IMG/VR virus record: IMGVR_UViG_3300045284_000330
Span: 10,157-74,156 of that record
From: a virus
Strand: one strand, 5' to 3'
Length of the DNA: 64,000 bases
How positions within the stretch are numbered: position 1 is the first letter of the stretch; each line of letters opens with the position of its first letter. Positions 9,250-18,514 of this stretch are shown piece by piece. A program made the position numbers and the translations under genes. The notes under the pieces were generated by a model. It had not been told where the DNA came from. It was given only the letters and a program-made list of their open reading frames with translations, and did not search any database.

Positions 9250-9801
9250 CCGCGAGGGTTGCAGCGCCGCTGGCCCCACATCAGGCTCTGCCGCGGGCTC
9301 TGAGCGAGGGGCACCGCCGCGCGAATTAGCCGCGCTCCCGGCTAATTCTTTTCCCAGCCCAACATCGGGCTCGGGCTCTGCCTCGGCAACAAGCTGCGCC
9401 TGCTGCGCCTCAAGCTCCAGCACCGGCTTGTCGGCGCCAAACACGACCGCCGGCAGCCCGCGCTCCTCAAGCCTCTTGCCCAGCTCGTCGGCGTCGATCG
9501 TGACGTTCAGCTCGATCGCGCCGCGTGGCCCCTGCCCCGCCACCTGCACCGGCAGCAGCCGCATGTACATCGATGTCCAGAACGCATATTCGTTTTCCGG
9601 CCGTTCCTTGACCCACGCTAGCAGCCGCTTCACGCCGCCGAGCTTGGATGCGGTTGTTTCCAGCATTTCCTGGACTTCCCGCGTCACCCGGTTGCGCTGG
9701 CCTTTTTTGCGGCCGCCTCGCCTATCGCCGGTTTGGAACTTGGCGGGTGCCGCCTGGGCTCGCGGGTCTCCTGGTTTGAACCTGCTGGGATTTAGGCTCA
9801 T
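9205..9801 (-). CDS. Putative terminase small subunit
   Basis: FKPG..GGRKKGQRNRVT...GGVKRLLAW...FW...RLLP pattern of phage TerS-like proteins. Confidence 0.6.
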   Translation of the reverse strand: MSLNPSRFKPGDPRAQAAPAKFQTGDRRGGRKKGQRNRVTREVQEMLETTASKLGGVKRLLAWVKERPENEYAFWTSMYMRLLPVQVAGQGPRGAIELNVTIDADELGKRLEERGLPAVVFGADKPVLELEAQQAQLVAEAEPEPDVGLGKELAGSAANSRGGAPRSEPAAEPDVGPAALQPSRLGERLDDKAGDTAD

Positions 9802-9901
9802 GGGTGGTCAATCTCCGTCGCAATTTTACTAACTGGTGACTTCCGCGCAAAACCCCTCCGGGGTAGTTTGCGGGATCGCCCCCCCTTTCCCCGCGGGGGG
9901 T

Positions 9902-10002
9902 GCGAACTCCCGCGAACTATGTGGGGGTAGTAGGGGGAGTGTCACCCACGGGAGTTCGCAGTAGTTCGCGGGCCGTTCGCGGGCAGTTCGCAGTGAGTTC
10001 GC
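9902..10002. repeat. Helically phased AGTTCGC iterons (candidate origin or pac site)
   Basis: Five direct copies at 9953, 9963, 9974, 9985, 9996 and two inverted copies at 9902, 9912. Confidence 0.6.
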
Positions 10003-10010
10003 CGGTTGCA

Positions 10011-11390
10011 TCATTTCTCCACCTCAACCAAAAACGATCTTTTGTGTGATTTTGAGCCTTCGGTGTGGACTTTGAGGTGGCCGCTGTTGAAGAGGCGCGT
10101 CATGGCGTCGTTGAGCGCCCGCTTTTTGATCCCGGCGTTTTTGGCTGCGTCCTCTTTTGCGAACAGGCTCGGCGCGTGTTTGTTGCTGCCGTTGTGACTG
10201 ACGGTTCGCCCCTCGATCGTGAATCGGCGCAACAACGTCATGAAGACATCATCGGCCTTGGCTGCGGCGGCGACGGCGTCGATCGATCCGGCGACGGGCT
10301 CGGGCGCGAAGATTCCGTCGCTCCATCGCAGCACGACGGCGTTGCCCGCCGGGCCATAGTTATTTTTCACGAACTGGAGCTTGCGCAGTTCGGCGCCGGC
10401 CACCTCGTCGTCATCGTCTTCGTCTTTGCTGGTCACGGCTGCGAGATACATTCGGGCGCGTACGCTGTTGTGCCAGGCGGTCGAGCCGCTCAGTCCGCTT
10501 GCGCTCTTGAGCCCGGATAGCGATGGGTGTGACAGCAGGATCAGCGCGGCGCTGGTGGCCATTGCGAGTCCGCGCAGCAGCGTTATGAATTGCCGTGTTT
10601 GCGAGCGGTCGATTTCGTTTCCGGCGAAGACGTCGGCTGCGGTGTCGATGACGATCAACTTGGGGCGCAGGTTGAGCGCGTCGGTGCGCAGTTGCTCGAA
10701 CATCGCTGTTGGCTTGACGATTCCGCTACGATCTGGTGCGGCGAGGATGGCGTCGGCGCCGGCGCGCGAGATCACCCACAGGCCGGCGTCGCGCAGCTCG
10801 GCGCGGGTCGTGTCGTAGTGCTCCGCGATCTTTTCCAGGCGTCGGCAGATTTCGGCGTCGTCCTCCTCGGCTGAGAAGTAGAGCGCCGGGCCGCACTCTG
10901 GCAGCATGGTGACCCAGTCTTTTCCGAGCACTGTTGCGGCGCATAGCTGCAGGATCAGCAGCGATTTGCCGATCGCGCCATGTCCTGAGAACAGCGTCAC
11001 GGCGGCGGCTGGGATGCGATCGAGCACCTCCCACGCCCGCACCGGGATGGGATCGATGGCGATGTTGACATATGTGAAGGGGGGCGGCGTCGGTGCCTTG
11101 GCCTCATGCGCCTGGCCGTTTCCATTACCTTTCGTCTCGCTTGCGCGGATGCCGTCGGCTATTGCCGCTTGCACTGCATCGGCGCTGATTTCATGAACAT
11201 CGATTGCCAGATCGGAGAGATGATCGATGGCGGCGCTATCGCCGAAAGGCGCGATCTTTGCGACGCCGTTGCGCAGGGCCATCAGCTTGTTGAGTTCACC
11301 GTCCGCCTGGCTCATTGCGAGGTAGGCGGCGGTCATGGCCTTTGTCACGGCCAGCGGTCGGGTAACGTCCTCTCTGTCATCGTCCCGCAC
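10011..11390 (-). CDS. RepA-like AAA helicase (AAA_25)
   Basis: Walker A GHGAIGKS, FSAEED, Walker B IVIDT, HPS..GSTAWHNSVR, KNNYG. Confidence 0.9.
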   Translation of the reverse strand: MRDDDREDVTRPLAVTKAMTAAYLAMSQADGELNKLMALRNGVAKIAPFGDSAAIDHLSDLAIDVHEISADAVQAAIADGIRASETKGNGNGQAHEAKAPTPPPFTYVNIAIDPIPVRAWEVLDRIPAAAVTLFSGHGAIGKSLLILQLCAATVLGKDWVTMLPECGPALYFSAEEDDAEICRRLEKIAEHYDTTRAELRDAGLWVISRAGADAILAAPDRSGIVKPTAMFEQLRTDALNLRPKLIVIDTAADVFAGNEIDRSQTRQFITLLRGLAMATSAALILLSHPSLSGLKSASGLSGSTAWHNSVRARMYLAAVTSKDEDDDDEVAGAELRKLQFVKNNYGPAGNAVVLRWSDGIFAPEPVAGSIDAVAAAAKADDVFMTLLRRFTIEGRTVSHNGSNKHAPSLFAKEDAAKNAGIKKRALNDAMTRLFNSGHLKVHTEGSKSHKRSFLVEVEK

Positions 11391-11415
11391 CGTCTGCGCC
11401 TTTCGGTCTTCGTCT

Positions 11416-11775
11416 TCAATTGCGCGCCCTGCGCTCGCCCGGTTCGCCGAGCACGGCGTCGAAAAGCTTGTCCTTTGCGACGGTCGCGAGGATGCGTCTG
11501 ATCAATGGGCCGACGCCTCTATGGCCGCGCCGCTTGGCCTCTTGGATCAGCGCTTGCCGCGTCTGCAGGCTCACGCTGGCGCCGACGTGGCGCGTCATCC
11601 CGAGCTTGATCTGATACCGGTTGCACATGACCGAGACGCTGCTCGGCTTGGCGCCGATCGCCTTGGCGATCTCGCTGGCTGTCCTGCCGGCGGCCGCCAT
11701 GCGGCGCATGATCGCCATGGCCTCGTGTGTGAACACGGTCGGGCCGCGCTGCCAGCCATCGATGCGTGGCGTCAT
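11416..11775 (-). CDS. HTH DNA-binding protein
   Basis: RRMAAAGRTASEIAKAIGAKPSSVSVMCNR. Confidence 0.6.
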   Translation of the reverse strand: MTPRIDGWQRGPTVFTHEAMAIMRRMAAAGRTASEIAKAIGAKPSSVSVMCNRYQIKLGMTRHVGASVSLQTRQALIQEAKRRGHRGVGPLIRRILATVAKDKLFDAVLGEPGERRARN

Positions 11776-12440
11776 GGTGCGCACCTCGCGAGTAGCGGCG
11801 CTCCGCCGAACTTCCCGATCTCGTCGCCCCACACCGTCTGGATATCGGCCTGCGTCATGCCATGGTTCATCCTGTCCATCCACGCCGCTACTATTCGCAA
11901 GTCTTCAGCCGAGTAATTTCGCTTGATATTGTTGCACCGCCAACAAATCAGTGCGACATTCGCCAACTCATACCCGGCGCCTGGAATACGTTGATCAAAA
12001 CTCGGAGATGCGTCTTTCTTGACACCATTTTTAGGCCCGAGATCGAATCCGATTCCGCAACATTCGCAGTTCGGCTGACGTTGGAGCCATGCGATTATAT
12101 ATGTCTTGGTTCCCAGTTCCGGCGCGATCGGGAGCCCGCGAGAACGCGCTCTTTCCCAAATTCCCTTCCGTAGATGTTCAGCGGTCACACGAAACGGAAA
12201 CAATTCAGCGCGACGGCGTTCTCGTTGTTTGTGCGCTGCCCCGTTCTCGACGGCATAGATTGCACGTCTCTCGACGTTAATTCGCGTGCGATGCCTGTCT
12301 TTTGATGCCTTGCTAATTATGCGTCGGCATGGACGGCAGTAAGACCCAATCTGGTCGCGACATTGTTTGTGCGGCGCGAACTCTTGAAGCGTCGCCGGTT
12401 TTTCAACTTTGCATTTCATACATTTTTTAAGCCACTGCAT
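11772..12440 (-). CDS. Free-standing HNH endonuclease
   Basis: CxxC...CRPC, CECCG, SFDQRIPGAGYELANVALICWRCNNIK; AT-richer than its flanks. Confidence 0.8.
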   Translation of the reverse strand: MQWLKKCMKCKVEKPATLQEFAPHKQCRDQIGSYCRPCRRIISKASKDRHRTRINVERRAIYAVENGAAHKQRERRRAELFPFRVTAEHLRKGIWERARSRGLPIAPELGTKTYIIAWLQRQPNCECCGIGFDLGPKNGVKKDASPSFDQRIPGAGYELANVALICWRCNNIKRNYSAEDLRIVAAWMDRMNHGMTQADIQTVWGDEIGKFGGAPLLARCAP

Positions 12441-13086
12441 GGAATTTTCCTGTTTCCAATCCCCATGAAGTCCAGCCGGCGCGCATTGACCGCGCGAACA
12501 GCTCGACGTAGGGACCGGCGCAATACTCCATGACACGGCGGTAGGCTTCGTCCGGTTTCCGGGAATGCTCGCGCACCGGGGACAGGATGACCTCGCGCAC
12601 CCTCTTTGATGCGCGCTTGCAATTTCCACGGCGGCCGAGGAGGCAGAATTCAGCGTTCTTCCTGGTGGTCAGTCCGAGCCCGAGATGAAGGTCGCCTTCC
12701 GCAGTCGGCAGTATGCGCAACTGATTGGGATTATGGCTGCGCTTGAGCTTGATCCAGGTGAATGCGACGGATGAATATTTGAATCCCCACGATTTCATCA
12801 CATCGAATGCAAACGGAAGACACGGTCCCGTGACCCACAGGAACAGATGGCAGCCGGCCGGGTCGGCCAGCCCCCTGACCGGGAGCGCGGCGATATCGTC
12901 GACGCCCATCACAGCGTAATGTTTCTCGGCGTCGCGGCGGGACGTCCAGTTGCTCATCTGCAGCGCGGTTCGCGCTCTGAAGTGCCAAGGCGGATCGACC
13001 ATGATTGCGCGATACTTGCCGGCCGGCCACGGCTGATCTGCTATTAGAATCTCGCGGCAGTCGCCGGTGATGACGCGCATGCTCAT
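12427..13086 (-). CDS. MT-A70 family N6-adenine methyltransferase
   Basis: DPPW, HY..M, LFLWVT, WGFKY, EHSRKP, ELFAR..GWTSWG. Confidence 0.92.
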   Translation of the reverse strand: MSMRVITGDCREILIADQPWPAGKYRAIMVDPPWHFRARTALQMSNWTSRRDAEKHYAVMGVDDIAALPVRGLADPAGCHLFLWVTGPCLPFAFDVMKSWGFKYSSVAFTWIKLKRSHNPNQLRILPTAEGDLHLGLGLTTRKNAEFCLLGRRGNCKRASKRVREVILSPVREHSRKPDEAYRRVMEYCAGPYVELFARSMRAGWTSWGLETGKFHAVA

Positions 13087-13496
13087 TGCGGCCTGACTTC
13101 CGTTTTCACCGCGCCCCAGCCTTTGAGAATGTCGACCGCGGCATCAAACCGATCGGTCCATTGGAACGGCACGTTGTGTTCCCGGCACCATTCGCCGAAA
13201 TCGTTCTGGACGTCGGACAGGGTCTCGCCCTTGCGCTTGAGCTCGAGGAAATGCGCCATGCCGGCCGGGCTCATCAGGATGAAATCTGACCATCCCCTCT
13301 GCACGCCCATCCGCTTCAGGCGTGCCGCAGTCGCCGGCGGCCGGTATTCGCCGAACGGCAGATGGGTCCAGCGCCAGCCGGGCACGCCCCACTTGGTCAG
13401 AATGTCGGCGACCATGCAGTGCAGGGCGATCTCTCGCGCCGGCGGCGCCTTGCGCACGCGCTTGGTGAACAGGTCGCGCTGCCCGAGGCGGATCAT
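13083..13496 (-). CDS. VRR-NUC domain nuclease
   Basis: LKRMGVQRGWSDF...FLELKRKGETLSDVQ. Confidence 0.8.
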   Translation of the reverse strand: MIRLGQRDLFTKRVRKAPPAREIALHCMVADILTKWGVPGWRWTHLPFGEYRPPATAARLKRMGVQRGWSDFILMSPAGMAHFLELKRKGETLSDVQNDFGEWCREHNVPFQWTDRFDAAVDILKGWGAVKTEVRPQ

Positions 13497-13840
13497 CCGG
13501 ATCCCCCGATTGCCGGCAGCGTGCGATATTCGATCGGGATGCCGGCGGCCTTGGCCGCATCGATCGCGATCTGCATGCCTTCGCTGATACCGCGGTCGGT
13601 GTAGACGGCGATGGCGTCGGCGACCTCGATCCAGGCATGGCCGGCTTCGATGCCAACCTGGCGCTCGGCGGTGACCGCATCGCGCAGAATGTCGGGCTGT
13701 GTGAACAGCAGGTGCGACGCGATCGGCGCTTCGCCGCGCATGACGCAATCGCGCACCGCCCGCCGCGCGTACGTGACGTTGGCGCGCTCGGCGAAATAGG
13801 TCGGGGCGCGGTACGGACTCTCGACGATGACGCGGCGCAT
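13493..13840 (-). CDS. Conserved phage protein (nucleoside deoxyribosyltransferase-like fold suspected)
   Basis: RVIVESPY...GEAPIASHLL.TQ...VYTDRGISEGM. Confidence 0.65.
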   Translation of the reverse strand: MRRVIVESPYRAPTYFAERANVTYARRAVRDCVMRGEAPIASHLLFTQPDILRDAVTAERQVGIEAGHAWIEVADAIAVYTDRGISEGMQIAIDAAKAAGIPIEYRTLPAIGGSG

Positions 13841-14189
13841 CACCAGAATCCTCCAAGCATTTCGTCGTCGTGATCGGCCTGGCATTCGCGCTGCAGCTCG
13901 TCGGGCGGCTCTCGCTTTTGATGGGCGACGTGGGGACTCGAACCCTCGCGTCTACTTTGGCCAGTAGAATGGGGGCGCCCTTCCCCATCTCCGTCGCCCG
14001 GCTCCCGCATCGGGCATTCGCAGAGCCAGGCCATGCCGACCGACCATTCGCGGTGCGAGCCTCCGATATCGAACGCCGCCATCCAGCCGCAGCGCAGGAA
14101 GGCGTCGACACGCTCATGGCGCACATAGCGGACCCAGCGGACGGGGGCGCGGCGCGGACTCTCGACGATGACGCGGCGCATGATCGCCT

Positions 14190-14753
14190 TCATCTCATCA
14201 CAAACAAATCCGGATGGCGGACAGCGACAGGCGGCAAGTGGTGGCGGCGGGTATCGAGAAACCGAGTCGGATGGTCTGGATCTCGGTCAAACCGCAGGAG
14301 TTCCACCAGAGTTTTTTCGCTTACTTCATATTTCCCGTCCCATAACATGCGCTCCGAATTATCAGGACGGTTGTTCGACATCTGCAACACATGCACGCCA
14401 AGCCACCGCACTGATCGCCGGCATCCTGGTCTTCGGCTGTCCTCAACCGATATTGGCCGGCGCCGTCCGTTTCTCATCGAGGCCTTCCGAATTATCTTGT
14501 CTATGACATCGAAAGTATCGCGCTGTGCGAAGGGCATCTCGGCGCTGAACGTCTTCACCTCGACGAGCTGCAGATGCTCGTATACCGACGCAATGGTGAC
14601 TCGTTTGCTCTCTTTGCGCTCCGAAAACCGGTGCATCCAAAGATCATTGTCTTGCACGCTGAAACAGATTTCATTCGAGTCCAGATCGGGATGGTTCCTG
14701 ATCCAGGCGCAAAATGGCGACGCGTGCTCGCCATCGCGGCGCGGCGAGGTCAT
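14190..14753 (-). CDS. Hypothetical protein, possibly PD-(D/E)xK nuclease-like
   Basis: D.D...LVEVKT...QRDT pattern. Confidence 0.4.
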   Translation of the reverse strand: MTSPRRDGEHASPFCAWIRNHPDLDSNEICFSVQDNDLWMHRFSERKESKRVTIASVYEHLQLVEVKTFSAEMPFAQRDTFDVIDKIIRKASMRNGRRRPISVEDSRRPGCRRSVRWLGVHVLQMSNNRPDNSERMLWDGKYEVSEKTLVELLRFDRDPDHPTRFLDTRRHHLPPVAVRHPDLFVMR

Positions 14754-14758
14754 TCCGC

Positions 14759-16042
14759 TCACTCCACTCGCCACACGATGATTTCTCGCGACAGCACGAG
14801 GCATTCCCTGTTGGCTTTCGCCCATTCGACCATTTGCGGGTTGCACTGCTGGCTTTCGTAAGGGACCGAATAGCGCATTGCGACCGGCAGCTTGATCCTG
14901 CGAAGCATGTCGCCGACGTGATCGGTGAACTGCCGCTCTGGCGCATTCCACTGCGTGGGCTGGATGATCAGCGCGATGTGCGCGCCATCCGAGAGTTTTT
15001 TGCCAAACCCGGAAATGATTCCTGCGAGCGTTTCATTGAACTGCTCGAGCGGCATGTTGGCGAGGTCGGTAGAGTCCTCGCTGTACTTGCCTTTTGCCTG
15101 CCACCAATACGGCGGGTCGAGGTAGACGAGCTTGACGTCTTTCCATTGCGGCGGCTTCGGCAGGCCATCGGTGAGATCGTGCTGGCGGATTTCCTTCTCG
15201 CGCTCGACGATCGGCTTGCGATCGGAAACCCAATAGCGACGAAAGCGCTTTCGGCACAGATCGATAGTCGACCCGCCTCCGGCGAACGGGTCCACCACCA
15301 CATCAAGCGGGTTGGTGTAGAGGTAAAGCAGGTTGTCGAGCCAGCGCACCTCGCTGTTGCCGAAATGCGTCGATCCCTTGGTTTTCTCCTGCTGTTTCCA
15401 AACGTTGTAGATGGGCGGCTCGAAGTCGGTGGCGTGCTCAGCATTCGCAAGATTAGATTTGTTCAGATTTGGCAAATCTGCCATTTCCGAACAAAGTCCA
15501 CTAACGACAGCCTTTGCAACGTTCTCATTCTCGGCGATCTCTTCCACTGTCCGGCACGCCAGCCACGCTTCGAAGATGCGCTTGTTTCGCGCCTCCTTGG
15601 CGTCCTTATCCATGCGTGACAGCCAATCGCGCACGGTGCGCTCGGAAACCGACAAGATGTGTGCGAGGTGCGCCTTCTTGCCTTCGCGCTCCTTCTCCGG
15701 CGTCATGCCGTAAATCTTGCGCGCCATGTTGCGCTTGTCGTCCTGCGATAACTGCAAGCCGTGCGCCGCATTGCGGTCGATCGCCAACTCCAGAAGCTCG
15801 GCGTCGCTCTCGGTTGGCGTGATCTTTGCCTTGATGGTCGCCGCTTCCATCTTTCGATGTGCGGTCCAGCGATGCCAACCGTCGATCAGCTCATTACGCT
15901 GATTGACCTCGATCGGCGGCAGCACGTCGAGGTCCTCGGCATATTTCTGAACGGTGACGGCGCTGGTTTCAATGCGCGGATAGAGGTCCTCGCGGAAAAC
16001 AATGTCGGCCACCGCAATTTCAACGACCGCAAGCATGTCCAT
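14759..16042 (-). CDS. ParB-N domain fused to a DNA amino-methyltransferase
   Basis: PPIEV..LIDGWHR (ParB-N), HTH, VVDPFAGGGST followed by LDPPYW. Confidence 0.85.
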   Translation of the reverse strand: MDMLAVVEIAVADIVFREDLYPRIETSAVTVQKYAEDLDVLPPIEVNQRNELIDGWHRWTAHRKMEAATIKAKITPTESDAELLELAIDRNAAHGLQLSQDDKRNMARKIYGMTPEKEREGKKAHLAHILSVSERTVRDWLSRMDKDAKEARNKRIFEAWLACRTVEEIAENENVAKAVVSGLCSEMADLPNLNKSNLANAEHATDFEPPIYNVWKQQEKTKGSTHFGNSEVRWLDNLLYLYTNPLDVVVDPFAGGGSTIDLCRKRFRRYWVSDRKPIVEREKEIRQHDLTDGLPKPPQWKDVKLVYLDPPYWWQAKGKYSEDSTDLANMPLEQFNETLAGIISGFGKKLSDGAHIALIIQPTQWNAPERQFTDHVGDMLRRIKLPVAMRYSVPYESQQCNPQMVEWAKANRECLVLSREIIVWRVE

Positions 16043-16229
16043 AATGGCGCACCCCCTTACCCGAGCCCCTGCAGTGGGCCACTCTGGACGCCCCCGCCGT
16101 CCGCGCGCCGGGTCCGCCCCATGGCGCGGTCCCCTTCCGGAAGTTTTTCGGGCAATTCAAAAGCGGTCGGTGATAGAAATTCCCGAAACGGCAACGTCAA
16201 TGCATTCGCGTTGTTTGAGGTGGTTTTTT

Positions 16230-16457
16230 TCAGCATGGATCACTCCTGCGAGGGTAGACGCCATAATTTATTTGAACCCAGAGAGACCAGATGCGATTGA
16301 CTTTCCGCTTTGTTGTCGCGTCCATCTTGGGGCGCTCGCCTTCATGACAATTGTGGCAATCAGCCCTGGAATAGCTTTGCATGCCGCCGCATGCAGAGCA
16401 TTCCCAATGCCCAACCTCATCAAGAAGCTGTTGCATGGTCTTTCTTTGTGCGGGCAT
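16230..16457 (-). CDS. Small zinc-finger protein
   Basis: WECSACG....CHNC. Confidence 0.4.
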   Translation of the reverse strand: MPAQRKTMQQLLDEVGHWECSACGGMQSYSRADCHNCHEGERPKMDATTKRKVNRIWSLWVQINYGVYPRRSDPC

Positions 16458-16469
16458 GGTTCGCCCCCA

Positions 16470-16910
16470 TCACCCGAGCCCTTGCAGTGGCCCGCCCTGG
16501 ACGCCCCCGCCGTCCGCGCGCCGGGTCCGCCCCATGGCGCGGTCGCGCTCGAGCGCCACGATGCCGAGCGGTAGGTCGTCCAGCCCGGGGATGGCGTCGT
16601 CGAGCAGCTCGTAGTTGGCGCGATCGTCGTCTTCGAGCTCGCTTTCGAGCTGGGCCGCCTTGCGCAGGTGCTGGCGCGTCTTGACCTTGACCTTGAGCGC
16701 CTTTTTCCTGATCCCAGCCTCCGTGGCCTCGTCGAGCACCTGCCGGATCGCCTCGTGGATCGGCTTGCATCGCAGCATGTAGTCAGATTTTTCCTTGTCG
16801 AGATCGGCATTTAGGCTCTCGATCCGGTCCACGAAGCTGGTCGCGGCGTCGTGGTCGAGGCCGTTGGTCAGATTGACGTCGTGGTCCGGGCCGTTCGTGT
16901 GCTCTTGCAT
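16470..16910 (-). CDS. GapR/DUF2312-like DNA-binding protein
   Basis: FVDRIESL..D...IRQVLDEA..AGI.KKALK. Confidence 0.6.
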   Translation of the reverse strand: MQEHTNGPDHDVNLTNGLDHDAATSFVDRIESLNADLDKEKSDYMLRCKPIHEAIRQVLDEATEAGIRKKALKVKVKTRQHLRKAAQLESELEDDDRANYELLDDAIPGLDDLPLGIVALERDRAMGRTRRADGGGVQGGPLQGLG

Positions 16911-17025
16911 GGCGTACTCCCGTGGCGCGACGCCGGGGCGGCTGCCGCGCGATTTTGCCGCTGTTGCTTGCGCATTTCCTCCGCCCCGGGATTAAGCCCG
17001 GCTTGACAAATCAGGCGGCGCGATA

Positions 17026-17274
17026 TTAGGAACTCGACGGAACCGGCCGGCGCTTCGGTGTCGGCGGCGGGTAGAAATCCGGTCGGATGACGTAAGGCTT
17101 GATGCCCATGACTTTCGCAACGGCAAGCACACGGTCGCGCGGCACTTGGCGCCATTGCCAAATCGCTTGTCGCGTGACGCCGCACACCGCCATGATCTCG
17201 TTGACGATGGCCGGCGTCGCGCGGATCAGGCGCACCGTCTCGTCGATGCCCGCTGCTTTGGTCTGGGCGTCCAC
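17026..17274 (-). CDS. Cro/YdaS-like repressor
   Basis: CGVTRQAIWQWRQVP..RV..V...G....IRPDFY; divergent from cI. Confidence 0.8.
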   Translation of the reverse strand: MDAQTKAAGIDETVRLIRATPAIVNEIMAVCGVTRQAIWQWRQVPRDRVLAVAKVMGIKPYVIRPDFYPPPTPKRRPVPSSS

Positions 17275-17431
17275 GACTTACCCCTCCGATCGGGAAATTG
17301 GGAACTTGACAGTTAAGCGCCGCTTGCCGGCGTCCGTCAAGCGTCAAGCGTCTTGTTAACCGTGGAGTGAAGCCGTGCTTTACACGCAAGACGACATTCG
17401 CTTTAGAAATCAGGACGGGAGCCAATTGGGC

Positions 17432-18163
17432 ATGCTTGAACCGACGACGGCTGAGATGACGACGACGATCGGGCATCGTTTGCGCCTAGTGCGCGAGGCT
17501 CGCGGCCTGACCCCGGGGGATGTCGCGGCCGCCTGCGAGGTCTCGCGGCAGGCCGTATCCCAATGGGAAGCCGACAAATATTCGCCAAACATCGCCAACC
17601 TGGAGAAAGCCGCGGCGCGGCTCAGCGTTTCCCTCGAATGGCTGCGCACCGGGCGCGGGCCGCCGCCCAATCTGCGCCCCATCGTGCCAGTAGCCGGCCG
17701 GGCGACCGAAGAGCCCGCCGCGGCCACAGCGCCAAAGCCGATGCCGCCGCCAGTGCCCCCGTTCCCTGACATGGTCCCCGAGCAAGCTATGGGCATCGGC
17801 TCGGGGCCGTTATTGTTGGATGGCAGAGTCCATGATTGGTGGAAACTTCCGGCCGGCTTCGTCCATGAGACGTTGCGCACATCGCCCCCGTATCTCGTCG
17901 TGCTGCGCGTGCTCAGCGACAGCATGGAGCCGGTAATAAAATTGCACGACCACGTCATCATCGACCGCGGCGACGTGATGCCGGTCGACGGCAAAATTTA
18001 TGCCATCGACAATGGAACGAGCGTGATCCTGCGCCGCATCTTCCTCGCCGGCGACAAGGTGATCTTGCGTTCCGACCGCGATCCCGACAAGGACGTGATC
18101 GAGATCCCGCGCGACGACGTGCGCATCATTGGGCGTTGCGTGGTGGCGATCGTGGTGACCTGA
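17432..18163 (+). CDS. CI-like repressor (XRE HTH plus S24-like domain)
   Basis: RLRLVREARGLTPGDVA...VSRQAVSQWE; RVLSDSMEP. Confidence 0.88.
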   Translation: MLEPTTAEMTTTIGHRLRLVREARGLTPGDVAAACEVSRQAVSQWEADKYSPNIANLEKAAARLSVSLEWLRTGRGPPPNLRPIVPVAGRATEEPAAATAPKPMPPPVPPFPDMVPEQAMGIGSGPLLLDGRVHDWWKLPAGFVHETLRTSPPYLVVLRVLSDSMEPVIKLHDHVIIDRGDVMPVDGKIYAIDNGTSVILRRIFLAGDKVILRSDRDPDKDVIEIPRDDVRIIGRCVVAIVVT

Positions 18164-18209
18164 AAAAAAATCTGACGCATTCTAACTCTCTGTCGGCAAA
18201 GGCGACATT

Positions 18210-18238
18210 CGGCGGCCACGTGCCGCCGTCTTGCTTTC
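18210..18238 (+). terminator. Putative intrinsic terminator after cI
   Basis: CGGCGGC-CACGT-GCCGCCG followed by TCTTGCTTT. Confidence 0.4.
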
Positions 18239-18514
18239 CCCCGCGTGCGCGTAGCTTGACAGCCATCGTTAAGGTGTCCTTAACTGCTTGCGTCAAGCTC
18301 AAGCAGGGAGGACGAGAAGCATGGGTGACGCCGAGCGCGACCGGGTGCGGCATGACGCAGTGCAATTAGCCACCGCCGCGCTGCACGACGCCCGACGGGC
18401 CGGCGCTTTCGACCTTGTAGCTTCATCCCTGCTGATCGCGATCTGCGCGTTGGTCCGTCGCGAGAGCGGCGACGACGCGCTCGCCGATCTGCTCACCCTC
18501 GCAATGCTGGGGGA

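Larger units (their letters stand above)
16991..18284. promoter_or_regulatory. Operator cluster of the immunity region
   Basis: Copies of the 17-bp palindrome at 16991, 17312, 17367 and 18268 next to TTGACA boxes. Confidence 0.7.
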
